Source of the DNA: Hydrogenophilales bacterium 12-61-10
GTDB lineage: Bacteria > Pseudomonadota > Gammaproteobacteria > Burkholderiales > Thiobacillaceae
Assembly: GCA_002279795.1 (NCBI GenBank)
Contig: NCCT01000012.1
Span: 8,861-72,860, forward strand
Reading direction: 5' to 3'
Length of the DNA stretch: 64,000 nucleotides
In this document: one piece after another, positions 63,752 through 64,000 of the stretch
Position numbering within the stretch: the stretch's first letter is position 1
How the letters are laid out: each line of letters opens with the position of its first letter
Position numbers and translations under genes: made by a program
Notes under the pieces: model-generated
The model's database searches: none
The model's input: only the letters and a program-made list of their open reading frames with translations
What the model was told of the DNA's origin: nothing

Positions 63752-63779
63752 AAAAAAAGAGGGCGGAATCCCGCCCTCT
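63752..63779 (-). terminator. Intrinsic terminator of clpB
   Basis: Plus strand A-run followed by the agagggcgg...ccgccctct stem. Confidence 0.85.
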
Positions 63780-63800
63780 CGCATCAGCTTTACGACTCGA

Positions 63801-64000
63801 TCAAGCTGGTTCTGCTGGCGCTTTCTCGAAGCTGAACACGCCGTCGCGTACGTCCACCCGGATGGTGTCCTTGGCGGCAAACCGCCCGCCCAGGATTTCT
63901 TTCGCCAGGGCGTTTTCGAGTTCGCTCTGGATGGCGCGTTTGAGTGGCCGCGCGCCGTAGAGCGGATCGAATCCGGCACGGGCGATTTCAGCCAGAGCGG
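63801..64000 (-). CDS. clpB: ClpB chaperone, C-terminal end (partial)
   Basis: Reverse translation ...AGFDPLYGARPLKRAIQSELENALAKEILGGRFAAKDTIRVDV...PAEPA*. Confidence 0.9.
   Translation of the reverse strand, partial: ALAEIARAGFDPLYGARPLKRAIQSELENALAKEILGGRFAAKDTIRVDVRDGVFSFEKAPAEPA

Overview
GC-rich betaproteobacterial chromosome segment. Gene content suggests a Thiobacillus-like chemolithotroph; this is an inference. From left to right it holds: a peptide ABC transporter; a DsrE/DsbG/TlpA/TlpA/DsbD cluster with a divergent DsbRS-like two-component system; fabI; surE-pcm-nlpD-rpoS; tamA and a broken tamB; tmRNA (ssrA) followed by a 3.4-kb integrase-less island remnant (Fic plus type I RM fragments) bounded by a 69-bp direct repeat; an Isp-type [NiFe] hydrogenase cluster with a divergent hyp operon containing a HypB-HypD fusion; a second rpoS-like sigma factor; an RND efflux pump with TetR; minCDE; and a chromosomal integron (intI overlapping tadA, attI, 13 complete cassettes and one truncated cassette) ending at an IS3-like end next to clpB. 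The top candidate for a new system is 38263..41568. There, a P4-type integrase arm-DNA-binding domain is fused in frame to a PAS-GAF-PAS-PAS-GGDEF-EAL c-di-GMP enzyme, with arm-site-like direct repeats just upstream and the extra sigma factor just downstream. Several apparent deletions and one tandem duplication in conserved genes may be assembly errors, so every fusion call needs read-level checking. All family calls come from motif recognition, not database searches.
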